A stretch of DNA of 64,000 nt from an uncultured Nitrososphaeraceae archaeon (GTDB lineage Archaea; Thermoproteota; Nitrososphaeria; Nitrososphaerales; Nitrososphaeraceae), in assembly GCA_963779615.1 (NCBI GenBank), contig CAVZZA010000003.1:864001-928000 (forward strand). Reading direction: 5' to 3'. Under the pieces are notes generated by a model. It was not told where the DNA came from, made no database searches, and saw only the letters and a program-made list of their open reading frames with translations. Shown piece by piece: positions 1 to 9,904 of this stretch. Position numbers and translations under genes: made by a program. Position 1 is the stretch's first letter; every line of letters begins with the position of its first letter.

Positions 1-24
1 AAACCAACAAAAGTTAGTGGAAAA

Positions 25-438
25 ATGATCCATAACAAAACAATAGTTGTAACTTCCATTATCGGAAATGAAAACAACATATTGATCTTAAAAAGAAGTA
101 AAAAGGTAAAAAGCTTCAAACATAAATGGGGAGGAGTTAGTGGTTATTTTGAAAAAAATGAAGATTTACTATCAAGAGCTCTGATTGAAATTTATGAAGA
201 AACCAAAATAAACAAAGAAAATTTGACCCTAATGAAGATATTAAAACAAATGACGATAGAAATAGAAAAAGAAAGATCAATAATAATCCAGCCTTTCTAT
301 TTTTATTCAAAATCTAAAAATATTTCTATGAACTGGGAACATAGTGAACACAGGTGGATTACGAAAAATCAAATAAATAATTATGAAACCGTACCAAACT
401 TAACACAATTACTACATGAATGTTTTTTAATAAAATAA
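25..438 (+). CDS. NUDIX-family hydrolase
   Basis: Nudix-box-like SGYFEKNEDLLSRALIEIYEETKI and C-terminal NWEHSEHRW. Confidence 0.8.
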   Translation: MIHNKTIVVTSIIGNENNILILKRSKKVKSFKHKWGGVSGYFEKNEDLLSRALIEIYEETKINKENLTLMKILKQMTIEIEKERSIIIQPFYFYSKSKNISMNWEHSEHRWITKNQINNYETVPNLTQLLHECFLIK

Positions 439-805
439 AACATAAATAGCAATGCCACGATTATTTTTAAAAATAGATAATTTAAAAGTTTTAATTATAA
501 AAAAATACAGACTATAAAAAATATAGCAGGAATAAAATCAATATGAACCAAGAGCTGCAAAACATTGAATAATGCCCTTGGAAATTAACACCTGGAATTT
601 GTAAAAATATAAGAAAAATAGTCGATCTTGAACCATGAGCACAGATCACTAAACAAAAGCAAAACCCAACAAGAATCCCTCACATAATAATAAATACAAA
701 TTGAGATACAGGAGATTATAAACCCGGCAAATTTAAGAAATATTACATATGGAGAGAATTAAAGATTTAAAAAAATAATATATGCAATAAAAGAAGAAAT
801 AATGA

Positions 806-1252
806 TTAATGTGTTCTAGTAACTTTAATTAATTCCCTTAAATGAGATAAGGATCGTACCTGTGCACCATTTACCTTTTTATAAAGACTCCAGAATTGCT
901 CATTTGTAAGGTCTTTTCTTTCTTTCAATATCTTCAAATGACGTCTCATAGACCGTACTTTTATGACATAAACTTCTTTTTTACCCACTCTAGCAGTTTT
1001 TTTTCCCTTTTTTGAACCCTGACCTGTACCATGTTTCTTTTTTATTTGCAATTTTGCCCTTGTTCTTCCTCTTGAAGTTCCTTTGACCTTAGAGGTCCAA
1101 ATAGATCCATTTTTTACTAAGGATCTAATATTTTCGCGGGTAATTGAATCAGCAACATCATCCAATTTATCCGGTTCAAATCTAACACGATTAACACCTA
1201 CCCCAAGGATTCTGGAGACTAACTCCCTTTTCTTACGAATGTTGACAACCAT
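806..1252 (-). CDS. rpl19e: 50S ribosomal protein L19e
   Basis: GVGVNRVRF, ITRENIR and GQGSKKGKKTAR motifs; follows L32e; ATG at 1252 chosen as start. Confidence 0.95.
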   Translation of the reverse strand: MVVNIRKKRELVSRILGVGVNRVRFEPDKLDDVADSITRENIRSLVKNGSIWTSKVKGTSRGRTRAKLQIKKKHGTGQGSKKGKKTARVGKKEVYVIKVRSMRRHLKILKERKDLTNEQFWSLYKKVNGAQVRSLSHLRELIKVTRTH

Positions 1253-1263
1253 AATTATCGCCA

Positions 1264-1698
1264 CTATTGCTCTTTTTTATCGGAGTTTTTTATGTCTGAT
1301 GAAGATCCTTTTGACTGGGCTTTTTTTCCATTAAGCAATTTAATTCCGAGAGACTCTGCCTTTGCAATAATATCTAATCGCTTTTTATTTCCCACGGTAT
1401 GCGCAATACGAGCAGCATCCCTATTTTTATCCAGTGCAGATAAATCGTTAACATTGTAAACCAAATTATCTACAAAACCTGACGGATGTAACCCACGAGC
1501 AAGTTTTGGGCCACCATAACCTATCTTAACCAAAGCTGGATATCCTGAGAATTGTTTACGCATTTTATTATCTATACCGTCCGGTTTTCTCCAGGTGGCA
1601 GCTAACCTTTTATACCTCCAGCTTTCTTGCCGTTTAAATTTAGGACGTCTATCGGAAATCTTTTTACGTTGTTCAAGAAGCTCGTTGTTGATTACCAT
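1264..1698 (-). CDS. rpl32e: 50S ribosomal protein L32e
   Basis: RPKFKRQESWRYKRL..WRKPDGIDNKMR..IGYG..RGLHPSG signature. Confidence 0.97.
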   Translation of the reverse strand: MVINNELLEQRKKISDRRPKFKRQESWRYKRLAATWRKPDGIDNKMRKQFSGYPALVKIGYGGPKLARGLHPSGFVDNLVYNVNDLSALDKNRDAARIAHTVGNKKRLDIIAKAESLGIKLLNGKKAQSKGSSSDIKNSDKKEQ

Positions 1699-1894
1699 TA
1701 TATACCGTTTTATTTTTCCATGAATAAATAAATATGTTTCCTACACCATATCATATATTAAACGAGACAATCATAAGAAAATATCTCGATAAGAAAATGT
1801 TCAAAACTAAAGTAAACAATTAAATAAAAAAGATAAAATTGAGAAAAAAAGGACAAGGAAAAGGATAAAAGGTTTTGATAATAATTATAATCAA

Positions 1895-2518
1895 ATGAAC
1901 AAATATGAATTACCACCTGTTCCATATAGCTATGACGCACTAGAACCCCACATTGATGCAAAAACTATGGAAATCCACCATACAAAGCACCACCAAACAT
2001 ACACTAACAATCTTAATGCAGCTATTGAAAAATGCTCACAAGAAATTCAAAATAAGGACATAACAGAGATTTTATCTAACCTTGATCAAGTCCCAAGCGA
2101 AGTTAGAGGAGCAATTAATTTTAATGGCGGAGGATTTGACAATCACAGAATATTTTGGAATAATTTATCTCCAAATGGAGGTGGAGAACCGAAGGGTTCA
2201 ATTGCCGATGCAATAAATAAATCGTTTGAAAGCTTTGCAAATTTTAAGGAAAAATTTACATCCAGTACAATAGCGATTCAAGGCAGTGGTTGGGGATGGC
2301 TTGTATATAACACCTCAAGCAAAAAAGTAGAATACAAATCAATGCCAAATCAGACAAGTCCTAGAACAGAAGGATTAGTTCCTCTTTTAGGCTGTGATGT
2401 ATGGGAACATGCATATTACCTGAAGTATCAGAACAAAAGGCCAGACTATGTTAATGCATGGTGGAATATCGTAAATTGGACTGACGTAAGCAACAGATTT
2501 GATGAAGTAAAAAGTTAA
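1895..2518 (+). CDS. sod: Fe/Mn superoxide dismutase
   Basis: LPPVPYSYDALEPHI, HHTKHH and DVWEHAYY metal-ligand motifs. Confidence 0.97.
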   Translation: MNKYELPPVPYSYDALEPHIDAKTMEIHHTKHHQTYTNNLNAAIEKCSQEIQNKDITEILSNLDQVPSEVRGAINFNGGGFDNHRIFWNNLSPNGGGEPKGSIADAINKSFESFANFKEKFTSSTIAIQGSGWGWLVYNTSSKKVEYKSMPNQTSPRTEGLVPLLGCDVWEHAYYLKYQNKRPDYVNAWWNIVNWTDVSNRFDEVKS

Positions 2519-2565
2519 TCAATTCATCTATTTTTTAAAACTTTTACAATCGAACATTCAATTAA

Positions 2566-3318
2566 TCAATTAATTAAATCAATACGTCCAAATCCTTCCC
2601 TGATTGTTGTATTGATATTCATGGTATAGTTATAGATTTTTTCAGAATATTCGTTTAGTGTTACCATCATATCTTTATCGATTTCTTTACAAATATAAAA
2701 GCCAGGGCAGTCACCAGTAAGTTGAAAAGAAGCGTGAACAGAAATTCGGCTATGCTCATATTGAGTCCATGAAAAAAAAGGATACAACCAACACACCCCA
2801 GGTTTATCCGGATGAAGAGTACAAGCGCCATGATCATTTAGAAATCTACAAGATAGAGGCTTTCCATTATCACCCTCATTCTCATCACTTTTTCTTTTTA
2901 AATTGATCATGGTTAATGAAGAGATAAGTTTAGAATTATCTGAGTCATATGCGGAGGCATTATCCCAGGATGCTACGTATGTCTCTTTCTCTATAAATTC
3001 GGATCTATTGCTAAAACCCAAGTTTTTCGAAATTTTTGATATATCATCAACAGTTAAAGGTAAACGACCCTGACGATTACAACAATTATGACAATCAGGC
3101 CACAAACATCTCCATAAAAGAAAAAGAGAAAGATCAATTATATATGGAATGTGAAAAGTAACTTGATTTATCTTAATTGCATAATCTTGCAAATCAGTTC
3201 TTTTTCCCAAATGTAAATCCCTAACAATCGGGTCAATATCCCATTTTTCTGAAAGCATATCAAGCGATGAAGATATAAGATTAATTTCATCAAGAGCAAT
3301 CGTAGGAATAGTCATCAC
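2566..3318 (-). CDS. YkgJ-family cysteine-cluster (Zn/Fe-chelating) protein
   Basis: CLWPDCHNCC, CRFL...CTLHPDKPGVCWLYPF and DCPG motifs. Confidence 0.8.
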   Translation of the reverse strand: MMTIPTIALDEINLISSSLDMLSEKWDIDPIVRDLHLGKRTDLQDYAIKINQVTFHIPYIIDLSLFLLWRCLWPDCHNCCNRQGRLPLTVDDISKISKNLGFSNRSEFIEKETYVASWDNASAYDSDNSKLISSLTMINLKRKSDENEGDNGKPLSCRFLNDHGACTLHPDKPGVCWLYPFFSWTQYEHSRISVHASFQLTGDCPGFYICKEIDKDMMVTLNEYSEKIYNYTMNINTTIREGFGRIDLIN

Positions 3319-3395
3319 ATGTAGAATTATAAAACCCGTTGTTTAAATGTGACTATGATATCAATCAAAAAGGCAGAAAATCAAATAAAAGGAAG

Positions 3396-3743
3396 ATGGG
3401 ATTAGAAAATTATAGACCAAATGAAAGAAAAAAAGGAAAACATGCTTCCTCCACAGAAAACCGTCGATTAGTATGGGAGTATGTCATTTGGCCACTTGTA
3501 CTTTATGTCAATAAAAACTATTTTACATTGAAAGAATATCACATACAAAGGGACACAATCTGCAAAGAGAAAAACATTTTGCCATCAAAGATTGCCGGCG
3601 GATTTGTCTCATTACTAGTCAAAGGAATTTTAATTCGTGAAAAGGATATCTATTCTATTCATTACAAGCTTATACCATATATGAGAAAAAAGGTCAATTT
3701 GGACTATGGTACTGTAATACGAGAGATAAACGCAAAAAAATAG
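3396..3743 (+). CDS. hypothetical protein, possible winged-helix domain
   Basis: Open frame with ATG at 3396; GFVSLLVKGILIREKDIYSI resembles a wHTH recognition helix and wing. Confidence 0.55.
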   Translation: MGLENYRPNERKKGKHASSTENRRLVWEYVIWPLVLYVNKNYFTLKEYHIQRDTICKEKNILPSKIAGGFVSLLVKGILIREKDIYSIHYKLIPYMRKKVNLDYGTVIREINAKK

Positions 3744-3785
3744 ATATATTGTTATCGCATAACCAGATATCATTAATTTTTCAAT

Positions 3786-4200
3786 TGCTGTTAACTTAAA
3801 AAATTTCTTTATCACAATGATCAATGAATGAATCAGTCAGTAATTTGTTACAATGTATTTCTTCTTTCCACTAAAAGGAAAACAGTGAACAAAACTTTCA
3901 GATCCATCTTTGAGATACTGAATAGCAGCAGTCCTTAGATTTTACGATTCTCAAATGTAGAAAGGATGATACTCACGGATATTCATGAATTTACAAATTT
4001 GTAGGCAACGCATCTTCATCAATGGAGACTACCACTATCCGTTTTTATTGCATCTGCCCCAAACGGAATAAACATTCACAACAAGCATATTTCTTTCAAT
4101 AGATATTCGATATGAAGGTTCTTTATCCTTGGTCTCAAAAGCAACACATCAAAGTCAACTTTAATTTGAGTTACACATATAATAAATTCACAAACATTCC
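3786..4200 (-). pseudogene. IS6-family (IS240-type DDE) transposase relic
   Basis: Minus-strand fragments VAFETKDKE, RISIERNMLV, ICKFMNI, IQYLKDGSESF, FIDHCDKEI resemble the C-terminal half of archaeal IS6-type transposases; end motif CTGTTAACTTAA at ~3788. Confidence 0.6.
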
Positions 4201-4392
4201 TTCTTTTTGGAGAATTTTTATTTGATGTGTATCCTTGAACCCCTTATATATGAGAACAAGATCTAATCAACAAACCTATTCAATGCTTTTGCAGAATTAA
4301 TTTTGCATGAAAGCCCAACAGAAGATAAGATAGAATAAATCTCTTGCATAATTGACCCTAAACAGATTTATGGTCATCTTTCTATCAATCTC

Positions 4393-5303
4393 ATGTCCCT
4401 TCTTTGCTCTCGTATGACGGCTCATCCAAAAAAAATTGCTTTTCAAGTCATTCACCGGCCTCACAGTAGAAGAGTTTGATAATACCTGCAGCAAGATAGA
4501 AAGAAAATATGAAAAACACGAGGTCCAGCGCTTATCCAAAAGAAAGGATAGAGAAGGGGAGATAGGTGCAGGCAGGCGTTTCAAGCTAGACACAAAGAAC
4601 AGGTTTCTGATGCTTTTGGTCTACTGCCGTCTTTGCATAACCCACACGTTGGCCGGATTTTTGTTTGACTTGGACCACAGCAACATCTGCATGGATATAC
4701 AAAAGATTGAGTCGCTGGGAAGGGGTGTGCACCAACACCTCAAAAGATGTGCAGGTAACCAAAAGGCTGCGTACACCCCAAGAGGCTGAAAGGCATTTCC
4801 CGGGCTTTATAGCCTTCACAGACTGCACAGAACAGCAGATACCAAGGCCTGAAAACAGGAGGAGAAGGAAGACATACTATTCTGGCAAGAGGAAAATGCA
4901 TACCGTAAAGACACAGATTATGGTTAACGACCAGGGCATAATCATTCACAAAGCAAGCCACAAGAAAGGAAGAAGGCATGGCTATGACATTCATGAGTCA
5001 CTGTAACCCCCAAACAATTTGCCAGCGTGTTTGACCTTGGACACCTTGGAGGGGGAGAGGCTTTCCAGAGCAAATATCATCCCCGCCAAACAAAAAGAAA
5101 CGAAACACAGGATTGCCTCAAGAGGAAAAAGACTACAACAAAAGCCATTCTAAAAGAAGGATAGCAATAGGGCATGCTATCTGCAAGATAAAGAATTGCA
5201 GGATTCTTGCAGACATATTTAGAAGCAGACTAATAAAATACAACAGGTATCAGACATCGTGTCAGGCCTAGTAAACTATAGAACAATGGATCATCGTATC
5301 TAG
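4393..5303 (+). pseudogene. Frameshifted transposase (HTH + DDE, ISL2 group)
   Basis: FKSFTGLTVEEFD, GAGRRFKL, AFTDCTEQQIPRP, YYSGKRKMHTVKTQ, SGLVNYR spread over several frames with stops. Confidence 0.85.
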
Positions 5304-5348
5304 AAACCTACACTACACCACACTAGACGGACAGTTTGTTTCTAATAA

Positions 5349-5487
5349 TGCTTTGTTGCATAACTCAAATTTTCGTGTTTTTTAGGCGTGTTATTTTTAT
5401 TTCCATAAGGGGAATAATCCATATTCGCATTATCATGATAAGTGCTCTATTATAAATTGACGAATTTCACAGTTATGCAACAAAGCA
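5349..5487. mobile_element. MITE, subfamily A (139 bp)
   Basis: Perfect 17-bp TIR TGCTTTGTTGCATAACT; flanks TCTAATAA / TCTAATTA; reverse-complement homolog at 37394-37531. Confidence 0.9.
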
Positions 5488-5659
5488 TCTAATTATGAAA
5501 TAGATCTAATACAAAAACAATGTCTTTTGATTTTTTTCTTTGTTGTTAAAATTTCAACAAAATAGAAATGACTATAAATCTGACATTTCTAAGGTTGAAC
5601 CATTTAAACAAAGATAAAATAAAATATTAGAAAGTATTATGTTAAATTGTAGCTCGGGA

Positions 5660-5800
5660 AGCCCGGTCGAACCAACAAAAGCTGAGATGTTGGTGCCGAA
5701 TCTAGCGGTCAAACTCCATGTGGGGCCAAGGATTTCAGGCTCTGGATCTTATAACAAGAAAAGAAACCTGGAGACAGCAGTTCGAATCTGCTCCGGGCTA
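5660..5800 (+). tRNA. tRNA-Gln(CUG) with three introns (5670-5700, 5713-5729, 5746-5765)
   Basis: Acceptor AGCCCGG/CCGGGCT-A, T-arm AGCAG-TTCGAAT-CTGCT, anticodon arm TCAGG-CT-CTG-GA-CCTGG; removing three BHB-bounded inserts yields a standard cloverleaf; no encoded CCA. Confidence 0.9.
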
Positions 5801-5894
5801 CTTATGAAACAACATACCACATATCAATAAAGAAATCATATTTACATTATCAATTCAACAAAAAAGGTCATTTAATAATTCATAATGAGAGAAA

Positions 5895-7454
5895 TTATGT
5901 ATACGGACCTGCTTTAAATATTTCATCAGGTACCGGCTCAAACTTTTTGAAATTACTAATAAATAAATTTGATAACCTTTTCGCTGAAAAATCATATTGC
6001 TTTTTATCATGCCAAGTGTTTCTCGGATTTAAAATTACTGAAGGTACATCTGGACAGGAAGCAGGGTAATCAAGATTGAAAATGTCATGGTGATTATAAG
6101 ACACTTTATCCAAATGCCCATTTATAGCAGATGAAACTATTGAACGCGTATACTTTAGATCTATGCGCCTTCCAATACCATATGGCCCTCCAGACCACCC
6201 AGTATTAATAAGGTAAACCCTTGAATTATGCTTAGTGATTTTATCACCCAATAATTTAGCATATTCTGTAGCCCTAAGAGGCATAAAAGGAGCACCGAAA
6301 CATTGTGAGAAAGTCTCTTTTGGTTCGGTAATACCCCTTTCGGTTCCTGCCAATTTACTAGTATAGCCGGACATAAAATGATACATAGCTCCTTCTTTTG
6401 AGAGCCTTGAGACTGGTGGCAATACACCAAAGGCATCAGCTGTTAAAAAAATAATAACAGAAGGATGACCACAAATACTCGGTATAACTGCACCGGGAAT
6501 AAATTCAAGAGGATAAACAACTCTGGTGTTCTCAGTTGGACTACCGTCAGAAAAATCAGGTTCCCGCGTCGATGGATTGATCACCACATTTTCCATCACA
6601 GAGCCAAATCTAATTGCATTCCAAATTTGTGGCTCTTTATCCTTATCAAGATTAATGCATTTAGCATAGCACCCGCCTTCAAAATTAAAAACACCGGTAT
6701 CTGACCATCCATGCTCATCATCGCCAATCAATTTACGATTCTCATCTGCAGAAAGAGTCGTCTTCCCGGTTCCGGAAAGACCAAAAAATAATGCAGACTT
6801 ACCATCATTACCCAAATTGGCAGAACAATGCATAGGAAATATCCCTTTGGGAGGCAAAATAAAATTCATGATTGAAAACATAGACTTTTTTATTTCACCG
6901 GCATAAGATGTTGAACCCATAAGAACCAATTTCTTTTTAAAACTCATAATAATGAAAGTCTCAGATTTTGTTCCATCTGATTCTGGCAACGCAGCAAAAT
7001 TATTAATCGATAAAAGAGTAAACTCTGGAATAAAATTCACTCGTTCATCTTTAGAGGGTTTTATAAAAATCTGACTAGCAAATAAACTGTGCCAAGCTGT
7101 ATCTGTTATGATTCTAATAGATAAACGATTCAATGGATCTGCTCCTACAAATCCATCAAAAACATAAAGTTTATCAGTAATATTATTGTCATTAATAAAT
7201 TTTAGCATTTTATTCAATATCTTTTCAAAGTTTTCTTCTGATATCGGATGGTTAACCTTTCCCCAATCGACAGAATCTAAAGTAATATCATCTTTTACAA
7301 TAAATTTATCATCAGGAGATCGGCCGGTAAATTTTCCAGTCTTTACAGACAGAGAACCAGTAACAGACAATTCGCCTTCGCGATTTAGAATAGCTGATTC
7401 AACTAATAGAGGAACTGATAAATTCTTACACCCCTCATTAATTGCCAATTCCAT
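5895..7454 (-). CDS. pckA: Phosphoenolpyruvate carboxykinase (ATP)
   Basis: TGRSPDDKF, YAGEIKK, MHCSAN, FFGLSGTGKTTLS, IGDDEHGW, NFEGGCYAK. Confidence 0.97.
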   Translation of the reverse strand: MELAINEGCKNLSVPLLVESAILNREGELSVTGSLSVKTGKFTGRSPDDKFIVKDDITLDSVDWGKVNHPISEENFEKILNKMLKFINDNNITDKLYVFDGFVGADPLNRLSIRIITDTAWHSLFASQIFIKPSKDERVNFIPEFTLLSINNFAALPESDGTKSETFIIMSFKKKLVLMGSTSYAGEIKKSMFSIMNFILPPKGIFPMHCSANLGNDGKSALFFGLSGTGKTTLSADENRKLIGDDEHGWSDTGVFNFEGGCYAKCINLDKDKEPQIWNAIRFGSVMENVVINPSTREPDFSDGSPTENTRVVYPLEFIPGAVIPSICGHPSVIIFLTADAFGVLPPVSRLSKEGAMYHFMSGYTSKLAGTERGITEPKETFSQCFGAPFMPLRATEYAKLLGDKITKHNSRVYLINTGWSGGPYGIGRRIDLKYTRSIVSSAINGHLDKVSYNHHDIFNLDYPASCPDVPSVILNPRNTWHDKKQYDFSAKRLSNLFISNFKKFEPVPDEIFKAGPYT

Positions 7455-7664
7455 CTTCTAGATTTGCTTCACAATACCAATAGTTATAATCTTTGGGGTA
7501 GATTGTTATTAAAGATATAGACTGTAAATCAAAAAAAAATTTTTTGTTTGAAAAGTTTTTTATAATTATTACAACACATTTTAAAAAAAAATTAAAAAAA
7601 TAACATCAAAATCCAAAGTATATAGATATCTTAAAAGAGGAATGTATCCAACAATAAATAAAGT

Positions 7665-8453
7665 TTATTTTACCAGGAAATCCGACAAATCAATATTAAA
7701 AAAATATTTTAAAATTTCAACATAGCTTTTAACAGGTGGAGGAATGTCATCTTCGCAAGTCAATTTAAGATCCTTAGCGTTAAACCATATTATTACACTT
7801 TGCAAAATATTAAGGAAACGAACATGACGACTTTCAACAATTCCAAAAGATTGAATATATTTTTCTGCTAAACGCCATGATGCCGTGAAATCGATGCAAT
7901 TGCTTCCATATATACTTTTTAATTGATCTTTGATGTCCACTCCTATCGTAAAAGGCTTTTTACACAAAATAAGCGGAAAATCGACCTTATCAGGAATAAA
8001 CAAATCCGGTGGAGACCATATAGATATTATTTTAGTCCCATCTTGGACCTCATATTTGAATTTATATGATAACTTTTCGTTAATTTTTTCATCAGTAAAC
8101 CAGGAAAAAATAACGGTGGCTTCAGACAGAGATGATTTTGTCACATCATCTTGCATGATATCTACATTTTCATCAGACAAATCGATTTTTGATTTAATAA
8201 AATTGACTACATCCGGATTGCTTTCTATACCAATAGCTTTTCTAACACCATATTCTCTTTTTGCAATCAAAAGAGACGAATAATTATTACCTATACCCAA
8301 ATGGTAAAAAACATCATCTTGGTTTAAACCTGAAAAAGAAAATATTTTTCTAAAAAAATTTTCAGGAATAACAATATCATCACCAGATATTACCGATGGT
8401 GGAAGAGTGGAAATAAAATCATCAACATCCAATAATTTTATTTTTTCAGACAC
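7665..8453 (-). CDS. SAM-dependent methyltransferase-like protein
   Basis: DVFYHLGIG (motif I-like), AIGIE and ATVIFSW; extra C-terminal helical domain. Confidence 0.65.
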   Translation of the reverse strand: MSEKIKLLDVDDFISTLPPSVISGDDIVIPENFFRKIFSFSGLNQDDVFYHLGIGNNYSSLLIAKREYGVRKAIGIESNPDVVNFIKSKIDLSDENVDIMQDDVTKSSLSEATVIFSWFTDEKINEKLSYKFKYEVQDGTKIISIWSPPDLFIPDKVDFPLILCKKPFTIGVDIKDQLKSIYGSNCIDFTASWRLAEKYIQSFGIVESRHVRFLNILQSVIIWFNAKDLKLTCEDDIPPPVKSYVEILKYFFNIDLSDFLVK

Positions 8454-8534
8454 CTATAAAAATTATTTTCAGTTTGGAATTTTTAATAGGGGATATACAA
8501 CAAGATAAAAAAGTGATTAAAAATATGGATGAAT

Positions 8535-8846
8535 TTAAACTTCCACATACACATTGTTATCTTCAACTACGATTTGATATGTTTCTTGATTTTTTAACTT
8601 CTGAGGAAACCAAATAAGATTTCCGTTTTCAACATTCCATTTAGCAGAATGCCAAGGACAGACCAATTCTTTATCATTAAGAACAATACCTTCATGCAAC
8701 TCGGCGCCCGCATGATTACAAATATTATTTATACCGTAATAGTTCCCATTTACATTTACTACCAAGATTTCTTTCCCCCCAGCAGTAATATTTTTCAAAG
8801 ATCCTAGAGGTAGATTTTCGACTGTATCCACTAAAAACTTTGTCAT
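8535..8846 (-). CDS. Rieske-type 2Fe-2S ferredoxin
   Basis: CNH...CPWH ligand motifs. Confidence 0.92.
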   Translation of the reverse strand: MTKFLVDTVENLPLGSLKNITAGGKEILVVNVNGNYYGINNICNHAGAELHEGIVLNDKELVCPWHSAKWNVENGNLIWFPQKLKNQETYQIVVEDNNVYVEV

Positions 8847-8904
8847 AAAATTTATGCAAAATAAAAGTATTTTAAAGTATTTAAAGAAATAAAGTTTATG
8901 ACAT

Positions 8905-9843
8905 TTAATCGGCTAATTCCTGATTAAGAAGTTTTATCAATAAAGCTTTTTGTACATGCAACCTATTTTCTGCCTGGGTCCAAACAACTGAATGATTTCC
9001 ATCAATTATTTCAGATGTTACCTCTTTACCTCGCTTAGCTGGAAGGCAGTGCATAAAAATATAATCCTGTTTTGCGTGTTTAACAACCTCATCATTAATT
9101 TGATATTTCGGTAAAAATATAGCATCCCTTTTTTCTTTTTCATGTTCTTTTCCAATGGATATAAAAGTGTCTGTGGTAACAACATCTGCTTCTCTAACAG
9201 CCTCAAAAGGATCATTAGTTATCAGTACAGAGCTATCATTTTTTTTGCTTTCAATTCTTGCTGTATTAATTATCCAATCCAATGGTTCATAATCGGGAGG
9301 AGTTGATATGTTAATATTAATACCCAATTTTGAACATCCTAGTAACAAATCATTGCATATATTATTACCGTCTCCTATGAATGCCAATGTAATACCACTA
9401 AGTTTCTTTTTATATTCAAAAATTGTCAACAAATCAGCCAATATTTGACAAGGATGGAACAAGTCAGATAAACCGTTTATCACAGGAATGGTGGAATATT
9501 GAGACAATTTCTCGAGATCATTGTGTGAGTGCACCCTTGCCACAAGGCAATCTAGGTATAGAGAAAGTGTTCTTGCAGTATCTTCTATAGATTCACCTCG
9601 AGATAACTGCAAATCATTAAACGAAAGATTAATTGCATTTCCTCCTAATTGCAATATTGCAGTTTCAAAGCTAATTCTTGTCCTTGTTGAGGGTTTTTGA
9701 AAAATCATACCTAAAATTCTGCCCCTTAATTGTTTCTTTGAATCTTGGAAATTTACCTGGTTTTTTAGAATCCCAGCAAGATCAAGTATATCCAAAATTT
9801 GTTCAGAGGATAAATCACAAATGCTTAAAACATTTTTTTTCAA
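8905..9843 (-). CDS. argF: Ornithine carbamoyltransferase
   Basis: STRTR, HPCQ, GDGNN, HCLP and QAENR motifs. Confidence 0.95.
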   Translation of the reverse strand: MKKNVLSICDLSSEQILDILDLAGILKNQVNFQDSKKQLRGRILGMIFQKPSTRTRISFETAILQLGGNAINLSFNDLQLSRGESIEDTARTLSLYLDCLVARVHSHNDLEKLSQYSTIPVINGLSDLFHPCQILADLLTIFEYKKKLSGITLAFIGDGNNICNDLLLGCSKLGININISTPPDYEPLDWIINTARIESKKNDSSVLITNDPFEAVREADVVTTDTFISIGKEHEKEKRDAIFLPKYQINDEVVKHAKQDYIFMHCLPAKRGKEVTSEIIDGNHSVVWTQAENRLHVQKALLIKLLNQELAD

Positions 9844-9904
9844 TATGAAAAATGGAAAAAATCTTTAATTTAATGTTTTCAAAAACGAGAAAAGAGAAAA
9901 ACCG

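Larger units (their letters stand above)
4336..5508 (+). mobile_element. Degenerate IS5-family (ISL2/IS702-like) insertion sequence with a nested MITE
   Basis: Imperfect 18-bp TIRs TAAATCTCTTGCATAATT (4336) and AATTATGAAATAGATCTA (5491-5508), 15/18 matching; frameshifted transposase inside. Confidence 0.8.

Noticed and set aside
4284-4314. Imperfect palindrome resembling two fused MITE TIRs
   Set aside because: Too degenerate and no TSD
5651-5662. Alternative tRNA start at AGCTCGG, or a fourth intron at 3/4
   Set aside because: A 9-nt insert is too short for a BHB intron, and AGCCCGG at 5660 pairs perfectly with the 3' strand; treated as leader
5639-5830. 63-aa ORF in the track
   Set aside because: Overlies the triple-intron tRNA-Gln; open only because of the high G+C
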